Below are positions 30,793-39,265 of a stretch of 64,000 nt of DNA, one piece after another. The first letter of the stretch is position 1. Every line of letters starts with the position of its first letter. The DNA is from Candidatus Uhrbacteria bacterium (GTDB lineage Bacteria; Patescibacteriota; Patescibacteriia; UBA9934; GWF2-40-263). The position numbers were made by a program, and so were the translations under genes. The stretch is from the NCBI GenBank assembly GCA_023246355.1, contig JAHFIQ010000001.1:145887-209886 (forward strand). Direction: 5' to 3'. The notes beneath the pieces are model-generated. The model ran no database searches. It was not told the origin of the DNA and saw nothing but the letters and a program-made list of their open reading frames with translations.

Positions 30793-31899
30793 ATGAAAAT
30801 CTTTTTCTTCATCACCAAATCTGAAACCGGTGGCGCGCAGACACATGTCGCGCAGCTCACGAAGTTTTTTCTGTCTCGTGGGGATGAAGTCTGTGTGATG
30901 AGCGCTCCTGGTGGCTGGCTTGAAACGGAAACTCAGCGACAGGGAGCGCCCTTCTTTCCCAATCCTTTTCTCTCTAATGCTCCCAACCCTCTGCGTCTTC
31001 TCAAAGCTGCTTCTGCCCTCACTGATGCGGTCCGTGAATTCCAACCTGATCTCGTCGCCTGTCACAGCACCATGGCCGGCCTCTTGGGTCGTCTAACCAT
31101 CAAAAATCGCATCCCTACGGTCTTCACAGCTCATGGCTGGGGTTTCCTGCCTGGCGCTCCCCGTACACGACGGGTCTTCTTACCGATCCTGGAGCGGATC
31201 GCGGCGAAATTCTGCTCCAAAATTATTTGTGTCTCACAAAATGATCTGAGGCTGGCACGAGCTCATCGCATTGCTCCTGAAAAAAAATTAGTCCAGATCT
31301 ACAACGGTATTGAGATTCCAAATCCCCGTCTTGACCACTTTCGCCGTCTCGACCACCTGGTCCACCTCTTTTTTGTCGGCCGCCTTGCTCCACCCAAAGA
31401 TCCGTTCATGCTCATCCATGCTGTCTCAACGCTCCCCCACGATCTCCAAAACCGAATTACCGTGACCATCATCGGCGAAGGCCCACAGAGGACAGCTCTT
31501 CAACATCTTATCCGTGAGACACACCTGGAGCCATACGTGAATCTTTCTGGAACGCTCGCGCGAGACGAAATCTTGAAACGGCTCCAGACACAAGCTGACA
31601 TCTTCGTGCTGCTCTCCCATTTCGAAGGCTTTCCGTATTCGATCCTGGAGGCCATGGCCTGCGGCGTTCCTGTGATCGCTTCTCATGTAGGCGGTATTAA
31701 AGAAGCCATAACGCCAGACGTTGGCTTGCTCATCTCGCCGTCAGATCCTGAGTCTCTGATGCAAGCTCTGACACGCCTCATTCAAAATCCAGAAGAACGT
31801 CAACACATGGGTGTGCGCGCACGCGAAAAAGCGCAAAACGAATTTTCCGTCGAACGCATGTGTGAAAAAACGCTCGAGGCCTATCAACGTGTCATCTGA
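30793..31899 (+). CDS. Glycosyltransferase family 4
   Basis: GGAQTHV, FTAHGW, VGRLAPPKD, EGFPYSILEAMACG. Confidence 0.92.
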   Translation: MKIFFFITKSETGGAQTHVAQLTKFFLSRGDEVCVMSAPGGWLETETQRQGAPFFPNPFLSNAPNPLRLLKAASALTDAVREFQPDLVACHSTMAGLLGRLTIKNRIPTVFTAHGWGFLPGAPRTRRVFLPILERIAAKFCSKIICVSQNDLRLARAHRIAPEKKLVQIYNGIEIPNPRLDHFRRLDHLVHLFFVGRLAPPKDPFMLIHAVSTLPHDLQNRITVTIIGEGPQRTALQHLIRETHLEPYVNLSGTLARDEILKRLQTQADIFVLLSHFEGFPYSILEAMACGVPVIASHVGGIKEAITPDVGLLISPSDPESLMQALTRLIQNPEERQHMGVRAREKAQNEFSVERMCEKTLEAYQRVI

Positions 31900-31913
31900 T
31901 ATACTGATGACGT

Positions 31914-33272
31914 ATGCAGAAGGAGGACACTATTTTGAAACTCATCAAACAACAACCAGTGCTTGCGTTTGTTGATCCTTTTCTCTCAGACCATCCTACC
32001 GCCCAACTCTTTCTTGTCGGCGGCGCTGTGCGTGATGCACTGTTTGGAAGAACCATGACTGAGCAAGATTTTGATTTTGTCATTCGTGGGTTGTCCCAAG
32101 AAGAAATCCAAACCTGGTTTAGCACGCAAGGCGAAGTGAACCTGGTTGGCCAACACTTTGGCGTGTTCAAGTTCATGCCGCGAGGATTCTCACCAGAGCA
32201 CATTTCTTTCATCGATCTCGCTCTCCCAAGAACAGAAGCTGTGTCAGAAGGATCGCTGGGCGGCTACAAAGATTTTGATGTCCAGTCTGATCCATCGCTT
32301 CCCATCGAAGACGACTTGGCACGGCGAGACTTCACCATGAACGCCATGGCCTTTGATATCCGAAAGCAGCACCTGGTCGATCCCTTCCAAGGACAAACCG
32401 ATCTCGCAAACAAAACCATCCGAGCGGTTGGAAATCCAGAAGCACGCTTTCGCGAAGATCTCACACGCCTCCTGCGTGCGATTCGTTTCTCTGCCGAGCT
32501 TGGATTCGACATCGAAGAGAACACGCACCGCGCCATCAAAATACTCCTGCCGGAAATCAATCGAATGCGCGAGGTAGATGGGAAACTCGAATTTGTGGTG
32601 CCAAGAGAAATCGTCGGGGAAGAATTGGCAAAGGCTCTCAATCGAAATCCTCATCGTGCGGTTGAACGACTGCAACAGACCGGAGCTCTCCATGAAATTT
32701 TTCTCGGGATCAAAGACGCTCTTTCAGAGCAGGACTATCTGGATCCTCTTGAACAGACGCATCCCAATGAACTTCTCGTCGTTGTTTCCCTGCTCATGCG
32801 AGGTTTGAACAAAGAACAGCTACACAATGCGATTCACCTTTCAGGGCTGGATCGCCTTCCACGAGATTCCGATATCCGTATTGACACAGGTGATGTGCTT
32901 TGGCTCGTAAAAAGTCTACAAACAAACATCTCTGTCCATGAAATCCAAGGCATGCCTGGATCTGAATTTGAACGACGGTTCATGAATGGTCGTGGCGGGG
33001 CATTGGTTCGCTGTCTCGATCTTCTGGAGAAAAAAAACATCGCGGACGCAGCACGTCAGCGACGAAAACACATTGAAGACCGTTGGCTGGTCGATCACGA
33101 TGAAACGATCGCTCCCCTGCTCTCAGGAAACGACGTGCTGGCCGCCGGCGTTGGTGCCGGACCAAAAGTACGTCTCTGGCTCGACGGCATCCGTGACTTA
33201 CAACTCGATGGCAGACTCATGACTCGCGAAGCCGCGCTGATTTGGCTTAAAGACAACCTTCCACGGGAGTGA
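31914..33272 (+). CDS. cca: CCA tRNA nucleotidyltransferase / poly(A) polymerase family
   Basis: LVGGAVRD, DFDFV, DLARRDFTMNAMA, RFREDLTRLLRAIRF. Confidence 0.9.
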   Translation: MQKEDTILKLIKQQPVLAFVDPFLSDHPTAQLFLVGGAVRDALFGRTMTEQDFDFVIRGLSQEEIQTWFSTQGEVNLVGQHFGVFKFMPRGFSPEHISFIDLALPRTEAVSEGSLGGYKDFDVQSDPSLPIEDDLARRDFTMNAMAFDIRKQHLVDPFQGQTDLANKTIRAVGNPEARFREDLTRLLRAIRFSAELGFDIEENTHRAIKILLPEINRMREVDGKLEFVVPREIVGEELAKALNRNPHRAVERLQQTGALHEIFLGIKDALSEQDYLDPLEQTHPNELLVVVSLLMRGLNKEQLHNAIHLSGLDRLPRDSDIRIDTGDVLWLVKSLQTNISVHEIQGMPGSEFERRFMNGRGGALVRCLDLLEKKNIADAARQRRKHIEDRWLVDHDETIAPLLSGNDVLAAGVGAGPKVRLWLDGIRDLQLDGRLMTREAALIWLKDNLPRE

Positions 33273-34791
33273 TTTCAAGCCAGGCTGGTAGCGTTGGGTC
33301 TTCAAGATAGCGACCTGGAAGTCTCGCACGAGACCAATTCCATGTTTGCCATTCCCACCCGAGTGACAGTTGGTTGAAGTCAAAAAGTTGGTTCAGATAA
33401 AAATTTTGTAAACTCTCGCGAACATACACCCCATCACAGGCTGTTTGGTCAAAGCCTTGGACATCACTCTGCTGCGCTCCGTCCAAAAACGTCTTGATCG
33501 TGGGATAGGCTTCTTCACTCAAAGACATCAAAGAATACACATCGACCTTGCAAGCTGTGGTCGATTTTTGTTCGCACGCTTCATGTCGTTTGATATTCAG
33601 TGCTGCTGTCAGTTGATCTGAGGGTGTCCAGGCAAAAAGAAGTCCAGAGCAAGCCAGCACGATCAGCCCATGGTGCATCAGGTTTACTTGAGAGGCTTGA
33701 CGCAGAACATTCACGAGCAACAACACCAATAGAATGCCAAGGGTGTCCATCACAAAATACCCAAACAAACGATCTGGTGTGTAGCCGTACGCATCGACGT
33801 ACAGATTCAGCCGTGTAAACGCAGAGAAGAGCACGAGAAGGGTTTCCACGATCAAGGCCCCGTGAAGTCCTGTGAGGACCTTGCTCGTGCGCTCACCGTG
33901 CAAAAGACGCAACGTAAGAATGATGCCGATCACCAAAAATGCCGCGACAACGAGTTGAAAAAAACCTTCACGAGCATACTGTGCATACGTGACATCCATG
34001 CCGACAAAGGCCGCCTCGCCGCCGAACAGCGCATAGCCTTGGACCAGAAGAAAGCTCGCAAACAAAACAGCGATGCCTCCCACGATCACCTGACTTTCAA
34101 GAATAAATCGGGGTTTCAATTCATCCAATGCTGCGTGAGTAAACCGTTGCCAAAACGCGGCGGCAAAAATCGTGGAAAACAACGCCGTCCAAAATCCGAC
34201 GTATAGGACATGACCCAACCAATGTTCAGGTTCAAAGAGAAGATTAAGTTTAGAAAAAACATCACCTGTGTAAGAACGAAACAACACGTCAGCGCTAGAA
34301 AACAACGCAACGAAAAGCAAGAAGATCGGAATCAAGATGACCAAGCCTTTCACCATGGCATTTTGACGCGCAGTAAAACGCTTCGAACGGAGCTCGCGAA
34401 AAATGGTCAGGCGCGATAACAGCTTCCATCCCAACTCAAGAGTCCCGGTTGAAAGAATCTCAAATGGATGCCGCCATTGTCCAGAATGCCCCAGAGCAAA
34501 AACGATAAAGAGCAAATTGGAAATGAAAAATCCAAAAAAGGCAATCGTGAGTCCAAAGCTCCCTGTCCAGACCGCAAACACCGCGCTGTAGGCAAACGCA
34601 AAGCCAGCCGCGACCCAGGCACGGCGTGACAAGTGATGCTTCGTCCACAGGGAAATCCAAAAACTCATAGCCAAAAAAAGAACTTCCGCAACAGGAAGAT
34701 TCAGGCCAAAGCGCATCTGCTCAAAAAAGAGATAATCAAACGCGATTCCAAGTCCAAGCGCTGACAAAGCAATTTTTGTGGGTGTCGTCAT
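33247..34791 (-). CDS. DUF4153/DUF4173-like membrane protein
   Basis: Multi-TM; LFSSAD..F, TYAQYAREGFFQL, RLNLYVDAYGYT..R. Confidence 0.8.
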   Translation of the reverse strand: MTTPTKIALSALGLGIAFDYLFFEQMRFGLNLPVAEVLFLAMSFWISLWTKHHLSRRAWVAAGFAFAYSAVFAVWTGSFGLTIAFFGFFISNLLFIVFALGHSGQWRHPFEILSTGTLELGWKLLSRLTIFRELRSKRFTARQNAMVKGLVILIPIFLLFVALFSSADVLFRSYTGDVFSKLNLLFEPEHWLGHVLYVGFWTALFSTIFAAAFWQRFTHAALDELKPRFILESQVIVGGIAVLFASFLLVQGYALFGGEAAFVGMDVTYAQYAREGFFQLVVAAFLVIGIILTLRLLHGERTSKVLTGLHGALIVETLLVLFSAFTRLNLYVDAYGYTPDRLFGYFVMDTLGILLVLLLVNVLRQASQVNLMHHGLIVLACSGLLFAWTPSDQLTAALNIKRHEACEQKSTTACKVDVYSLMSLSEEAYPTIKTFLDGAQQSDVQGFDQTACDGVYVRESLQNFYLNQLFDFNQLSLGWEWQTWNWSRARLPGRYLEDPTLPAWLEITPVEGCL

Positions 34792-34794
34792 AGG

Positions 34795-34965
34795 TTATGG
34801 AATCGTGAGTGAATAAAATAATCCGTAGAAGAGAATCAAAATCGCTGAGGCCATGATGATGGCGGTCAGACCGATGATCCCTTCTTTGTCCTGACGTTGA
34901 ACAGCTTTGCGAATAAGAATCACGCTCACGATAAGGAGGCTCACACCGATAAAGAGAAATGGCAT
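34795..34965 (-). CDS. Small two-TM membrane protein (56 aa)
   Basis: Manual translation MPFLFIGVSLLIVSVILIRKAVQRQDKEGIIGLTAIIMASAILILFYGLFYSLTIP; fills the gap between tRNA-Ile and the next gene. Confidence 0.65.
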   Translation of the reverse strand: MPFLFIGVSLLIVSVILIRKAVQRQDKEGIIGLTAIIMASAILILFYGLFYSLTIP

Positions 34966-34976
34966 AGAGGTTTATT

Positions 34977-35053
34977 TGGTGGGGGTGGATGGACTCGAAC
35001 CATCGACCGTCGAGGTATAAGCTCGATGCTCTAACCAACTGAGCTACACCCCC
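34977..35053 (-). tRNA. tRNA-Ile (anticodon UAU)
   Basis: GGGGGTG/CACCCCC acceptor stem, anticodon arm TCGAG-CTTATAC-CTCGA, GTTCGAG T-loop, encoded CCA. Confidence 0.93.
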
Positions 35054-35109
35054 GGTTCACACTTTAGTATAGCATCAGGCCCTGTCAATCGTGATATACT
35101 TGGGGCGTT

Positions 35110-35571
35110 ATGGATCCGCAGCTTACTTCACTGATCATTTTGCTGGCTATTTTTTGGTTTCTTGTCTATTGGGTTTTGGGAGGGGTCTTTTTTGCCGCGA
35201 TTGCCCTTCTGCGTCTGGGACGCATCCGCATGGTGCGCTTTAGTTGTTTATTCACACTGCTTGCCTTGTTCCTCGGAGCCGGTGCTGCTTACGGTGGCGT
35301 TGCGCGATCACAGACAGACGTCCTTTCCTGCCTTGAAGAGGCCCAGTCAAAAGCCGAGACAGTCATGGCCGTATTTGGTTGCGGCTTTGCCAGTATCTTC
35401 GGCGTCTTTCTTGTCGGCGCGGCTTTACTCACCCTGGGCGGATTTCTCATCATGTCGATTTCAAAAAGCAAAACCAAGCCTTGGATTATTCTAGAGGAGC
35501 CACAAGAGGAGATCCTTCCTGAGGAGACCGTGTCCGTCGAAACCCAGGTTCCTGAGAGTAAGTTTTTTTAA
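35110..35571 (+). CDS. Hypothetical membrane protein
   Basis: Three hydrophobic segments; TATACT 9 nt upstream of ATG. Confidence 0.75.
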   Translation: MDPQLTSLIILLAIFWFLVYWVLGGVFFAAIALLRLGRIRMVRFSCLFTLLALFLGAGAAYGGVARSQTDVLSCLEEAQSKAETVMAVFGCGFASIFGVFLVGAALLTLGGFLIMSISKSKTKPWIILEEPQEEILPEETVSVETQVPESKFF

Positions 35572-35618
35572 GAGTTGACGCGCGGACAACTTTTTCCTAT
35601 TATTCCCCCGCTTCATAT

Positions 35619-35695
35619 GGGCGGTTAGCTCACTTGGTTAGAGCGCTACATTGACATTGTAGAGGTGACTGGTTCGAGTCCAGTACCGCCCACCA
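35619..35695 (+). tRNA. tRNA-Val (GAC)
   Basis: GGGCGGT/ACCGCCC stem, CTACA-TTGACAT-TGTAG anticodon arm, encoded CCA. Confidence 0.95.
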
Positions 35696-35749
35696 AAAAC
35701 TCCAGACAACTGGAGTTTTTTGTTCTCTCTGCTACTATGCCATCTATCT

Positions 35750-36670
35750 ATGCCTGAACTTCACGTCACACAGGAAGCGGAAGGAAAACGATTGGATCAT
35801 TTTTTGACGTCCAACATGGAATCAACACGTTCACAGATTCAAAAGCTCATCGAGGCTGGGAGCGTGCGTGTAAACGGTGACGTGGCAAAATCCAACCGAC
35901 GACTGGAAACAGACGATGTTATTTTTTATCCAGAAGCCGAAGTGATCACACACGCAAAAACCGAAGTCGCTCCGATTTTAGAAATCCTCTACCAAGATGA
36001 CGACATCTTGGTCATCAACAAACCAGCTGGTCTGCTGGTCCATGAAGCTTTCAAAAACGAAATGCGAGCCACGGTTGTAGACGCTCTGTTAGAATCTTTT
36101 CCCGAAGTAGCAGACGTTGGTGATGACCCAAAACGTCCAGGCATTGTCCATCGGCTGGACAAAGACGTTTCAGGCGTGATGGCCATTGCAAAAACCCAAG
36201 CTGGATTTGAACATCTCAAACGCCAATTTCAAGAGCGAACCCTCACCAAAGAATATCTCGCCCTGGTGTACGGATCGCTTCCAAAAGATCACGACGTCAT
36301 TACCCTTCACGTGACGCGTTCCAAAGCCAAGGGGCGCATGGTCGCTCGACCAGAGTCTCAGGAAGGCAAAGAAGCGCACACCGAATATGACGTGCTCGAA
36401 CGACTGAATACGACAACCTATGTTCGCGTGAAAATCTTAACTGGCCGTACACACCAAATTCGCGTGCACTTTCAAGCGATCGGTTACCCGATCGTCGGGG
36501 ACAAACTCTACAAAGTGAAAGGCATGAAATTTCGTCCCATCGAATTGGACCGACTCTTTCTCCATGCAACAAAACTCACCCTGCGTCTCATGAATGGACA
36601 CGAAAAAACGTTTGAGACAGGACTGCCAAATGAACTTGAGAGACTTCTGCGCTCACTGAAAAAACTATGA
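35750..36670 (+). CDS. rluD: RluA-family pseudouridine synthase with S4 domain
   Basis: RLD..L, NKPAGLLVH, GIVHRLDKDVSG, TGRTHQIRVH, IVGDKLY. Confidence 0.9.
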   Translation: MPELHVTQEAEGKRLDHFLTSNMESTRSQIQKLIEAGSVRVNGDVAKSNRRLETDDVIFYPEAEVITHAKTEVAPILEILYQDDDILVINKPAGLLVHEAFKNEMRATVVDALLESFPEVADVGDDPKRPGIVHRLDKDVSGVMAIAKTQAGFEHLKRQFQERTLTKEYLALVYGSLPKDHDVITLHVTRSKAKGRMVARPESQEGKEAHTEYDVLERLNTTTYVRVKILTGRTHQIRVHFQAIGYPIVGDKLYKVKGMKFRPIELDRLFLHATKLTLRLMNGHEKTFETGLPNELERLLRSLKKL

Positions 36671-37236
36671 GAGGAAAAATCTTTATCATCACGGGCCCCA
36701 GTGGTGTAGGCAAAACGTCCATTGCCACAGAGCTTCTCAAACGTCGACCGCGTTTGAAAAAACTCGTGACGTACACGACGCGTCCGATTCGACCTGGAGA
36801 GACAAACGGCGTCTCGTATCACTTTGTTGATGAAGCCACGCTTACATCCATGCAAAACGCCGGAGAACTTTTCGAATCAGCACGCGTCTACGACACGCTC
36901 TACGGAAGCAAAAAATCAGACGTGGAAGCCCTCCTACACGCTGGCAACGACGTTTTATTTGTCATCGATGTTCAGGGTGCCAAAACGATTCAACAAGACC
37001 ATCCGGAAACGGTCGTCATCTTCATTGATGCAGAATCAGACGAAGCGCTCATGAAACGGTTAGAGGCCAGAGATCAGGGCAAGACGGTCAATCTTGAGGA
37101 ACGTTTACAAGCGATTCAAAACGAACGTGTGTACGGTGCGTCTTGCCAGCACCGAGTCGTCAATCAGGAAGGAAAACTGACGGAAACAGTGGACGCCATC
37201 CTGAACCTCATGGATCATCTTGACGAGAATCTTTGA
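36667..37236 (+). CDS. gmk: Guanylate kinase
   Basis: GPSGVGKT, TTRPIRPGE..G..YHFV, IDVQGA. Confidence 0.93.
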   Translation: MRGKIFIITGPSGVGKTSIATELLKRRPRLKKLVTYTTRPIRPGETNGVSYHFVDEATLTSMQNAGELFESARVYDTLYGSKKSDVEALLHAGNDVLFVIDVQGAKTIQQDHPETVVIFIDAESDEALMKRLEARDQGKTVNLEERLQAIQNERVYGASCQHRVVNQEGKLTETVDAILNLMDHLDENL

Positions 37237-37257
37237 ATTCATTATAGTCTGGCCACT

Positions 37258-37662
37258 ATGGAAGAAGAACAAACACAAACACCTGTTTCAACAGAGGCAC
37301 AGGTACCTGAAAAGCCTGCCGCAGCTGGAAACATCCTCGCGTTGGATCAAGTCCGTGCCGGACAGACCGTGCGACTCCATGAGCGCATTAAGGACGTCTC
37401 GGCCAAGGGCGAAGAACGCGAGCGCGTCCAAGTCTTTGAAGGCATTGTCCTGGGTGTACGGGGCTCGGGGATATCCAAGACCCTCACCATCCGCAAAGTC
37501 AGCGATGGCATCGGCGTGGAAAAAATCTATCCCCTGCACTCGCCACTCATTGCCAAGATCGAGCTGGTCAAAACCGCTCGTGTCCGCCGCGCCCGTCTGA
37601 GTTTCCTCAACAATCTCAAAACACGTTTCAAGAGAAAGCTCGAAGAGACGTACGTGAAGTAA
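37258..37662 (+). CDS. rplS: 50S ribosomal protein L19
   Basis: ERVQVFEGIV, TIRKVSDGIGVEKIYPLHSP, VRRARL. Confidence 0.95.
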   Translation: MEEEQTQTPVSTEAQVPEKPAAAGNILALDQVRAGQTVRLHERIKDVSAKGEERERVQVFEGIVLGVRGSGISKTLTIRKVSDGIGVEKIYPLHSPLIAKIELVKTARVRRARLSFLNNLKTRFKRKLEETYVK

Positions 37663-37664
37663 AT

Positions 37665-37692
37665 AAAATCCCGGCCACACGGTCGGGATTTT
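37665..37692 (+). terminator. Intrinsic terminator after rplS
   Basis: AAAATCCCGGCC-ACAC-GGTCGGGATTTT. Confidence 0.8.
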
Positions 37693-37700
37693 GGTTTAAA

Positions 37701-37743
37701 AGAAACACCCCGCCGAACGACGAGTCATCCGGGGGATGTTTCT
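37701..37743 (-). terminator. Hairpin closing the minus-strand small-ORF array
   Basis: AGAAACACCCCG...CGGGGGATGTTTCT, followed on the minus strand by TTT. Confidence 0.55.
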
Positions 37744-37770
37744 CGCCGTAGGGCGGAGTCGCGTTGATGG

Positions 37771-38190
37771 TCAGCTCTTGGGGGGCTTTGGGACGATCTC
37801 GGCGGCGTAGAAGTACACCTCCCAGCGATATCCTTCATCCTTGCGGATCTCGATACGAACAAGACCCTTCCAAGCCTGCTCGAGCTCGCGCAACGCCTCC
37901 TCGAGCTTGTCGAAGGAAGTGAAACCGTACACGTGGAGTTCGGTCTCTCGGATCTTGTCGCTGTTGCCGCTGCCCAGGAGGGTGTTCGTGACGAGGTACT
38001 CGAGAAACTCGGGGAGCTTCCAGTACTCGGTATCGCCGATGGTGCTTGGGTACCAACCCATCTCATTGGCGTACTTCTGCATCGAAGACGGAATGAGCTC
38101 GACCAGCTCTGAGGCAAGCTGGCGCCAAACCTGGTTGGCCTCCTGCAGAAGACGCTCTCGATGTTCCCAAGATTCGCGGATGGAAGGCAT
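37771..38190 (-). CDS. Hypothetical protein (139 aa), array ORF 4
   Basis: SD-like GAGG before ATG; GC-rich codons; directly downstream of repeat copy 1. Confidence 0.75.
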   Translation of the reverse strand: MPSIRESWEHRERLLQEANQVWRQLASELVELIPSSMQKYANEMGWYPSTIGDTEYWKLPEFLEYLVTNTLLGSGNSDKIRETELHVYGFTSFDKLEEALRELEQAWKGLVRIEIRKDEGYRWEVYFYAAEIVPKPPKS

Positions 38191-38212
38191 GAATCCTCTT
38201 TCCGGGGGAAAG

Positions 38213-38318
38213 TTCCAACCCAGATCTCTAGCGTCTTGGTTTCAAAACGACGGGGATCCTTGTTGAAGATTGAATATCCCCGTCCGTCTCAAGCGTTGGG
38301 CGAGACGGACGGGGGTCG
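38213..38318 (-). repeat. 106-bp structured intergenic repeat, copy 1
   Basis: 104/106 identical to 38749-38854; contains the CCCCGTCCGTCTC/GAGACGGACGGGG hairpin. Confidence 0.92.
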
Positions 38319-38330
38319 CGTGGCGAGTGC

Positions 38331-38522
38331 CTACTCGCGGAAGACGGCCTGGGGCATGGTGCCCGTGCCTTCGCACTGACCGCCGCCGAAAGACGGTTCG
38401 TGAGCGGCCATGACGTAGTTGAAGGCCTCTCCTTCGTCGAGGTCGAGATCGTCCTCTTCCGAATCGCTGTGGGACGGACGTACTCTGTGCGACTCCTGAC
38501 AAGTACAACAGGCTCCGAGCAT
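38331..38522 (-). CDS. Small acidic Cys/His protein (63 aa), array ORF 3
   Basis: AGGAG SD; CxxC...H...C pattern. Confidence 0.65.
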   Translation of the reverse strand: MLGACCTCQESHRVRPSHSDSEEDDLDLDEGEAFNYVMAAHEPSFGGGQCEGTGTMPQAVFRE

Positions 38523-38578
38523 GAGATCTCCTAGCTGAACGGAAGTGTGGTGGGTGCGAGTGTCGTCTTCTTAGGCCT

Positions 38579-38719
38579 CTACTGGAAAGCCCAGCCGAAG
38601 TGACGAACGATCAAGCACAGGAGAAGCGTGATCACCCCTGCGGCGAAACCTTGAAAAAATCCGTTGCGGAACCAGCCGCCAGCGAACACGCCAAGCGCGA
38701 TGCCGAGAATGAGATACAT
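38579..38719 (-). CDS. Small membrane protein (46 aa), array ORF 2
   Basis: Manual translation MYLILGIALGVFAGGWFRNGFFQGFAAGVITLLLCLIVRHFGWAFQ; AAAGGA SD; follows repeat copy 2. Confidence 0.65.
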   Translation of the reverse strand: MYLILGIALGVFAGGWFRNGFFQGFAAGVITLLLCLIVRHFGWAFQ

Positions 38720-38748
38720 CTGAATTTCCTTTCTGGAGGAAAGAAATT

Positions 38749-38854
38749 TTCCAACCCAGATCTCTAGCGTCTTGGTTTCAAAACGACGGGGATCCTTGTT
38801 GAAGATTGAATATCCCCATCCGTCTCAAGCGTTGAGCGAGACGGACGGGGGTCG
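38749..38854 (-). repeat. 106-bp structured intergenic repeat, copy 2
   Basis: Two substitutions relative to copy 1. Confidence 0.92.
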
Positions 38855-38875
38855 AGGCGGTCGTGGACCGCGAGA

Positions 38876-39184
38876 TCAGTCGCCTCGTGCGAAAGGGACG
38901 GTCGGGACGATGTTGGGTCGCCTCAGCTCCTTCCAGATTCCGGGAGCCAGCACGCCGTAGAGGTAGGAGCCGACCGCACAGACGAAGGTTCCGACGCCCG
39001 CGAGCCATGCCATCTGCCACTCACCGTTGACGATGCAACGGGCCCCAAGGACGAGGAGTCCCAGCGAGATGGCGGCCATGAACAGCGTTGCAACGGCACT
39101 GATGAACAGAAGCAAGATCATGAGCACGAACCTCACGAGCCGTCCGGCCTTGTATCCGATCATCCTGTAAGAGGCTCCGGGCAT
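38876..39184 (-). CDS. Small membrane protein (102 aa), array ORF 1
   Basis: GGAGG SD before ATG 39184; hydrophobic helices. Confidence 0.7.
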   Translation of the reverse strand: MPGASYRMIGYKAGRLVRFVLMILLLFISAVATLFMAAISLGLLVLGARCIVNGEWQMAWLAGVGTFVCAVGSYLYGVLAPGIWKELRRPNIVPTVPFARGD

Positions 39185-39208
39185 GTGCCCTCCGTTTGGT
39201 GAGAAATG

Positions 39209-39258
39209 TTCCAACCCAGATCCCTGGAGTCGTCTTGCGACAGACTCCAGAAGCTGAA
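39209..39258 (-). repeat. Divergent third copy of the repeat's gene-proximal half
   Basis: Exact 14-bp TTCCAACCCAGATC plus CGTCTTG; minus-strand hairpin CTGGAGTC..GTC-GCAA-GAC..GACTCCAG. Confidence 0.7.
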
Positions 39259-39265
39259 TTTGAAT

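Noticed and set aside
38213-39258. CRISPR array
   Set aside because: Units are 106 bp, spaced about 460-540 bp by ORFs, only 2-3 copies, and no cas genes are present.
37701-39258. Canonical integron
   Set aside because: No intI in the window and the ends do not match RYYYAAC/GTTRRRY exactly; kept only as an integron-like hypothesis.
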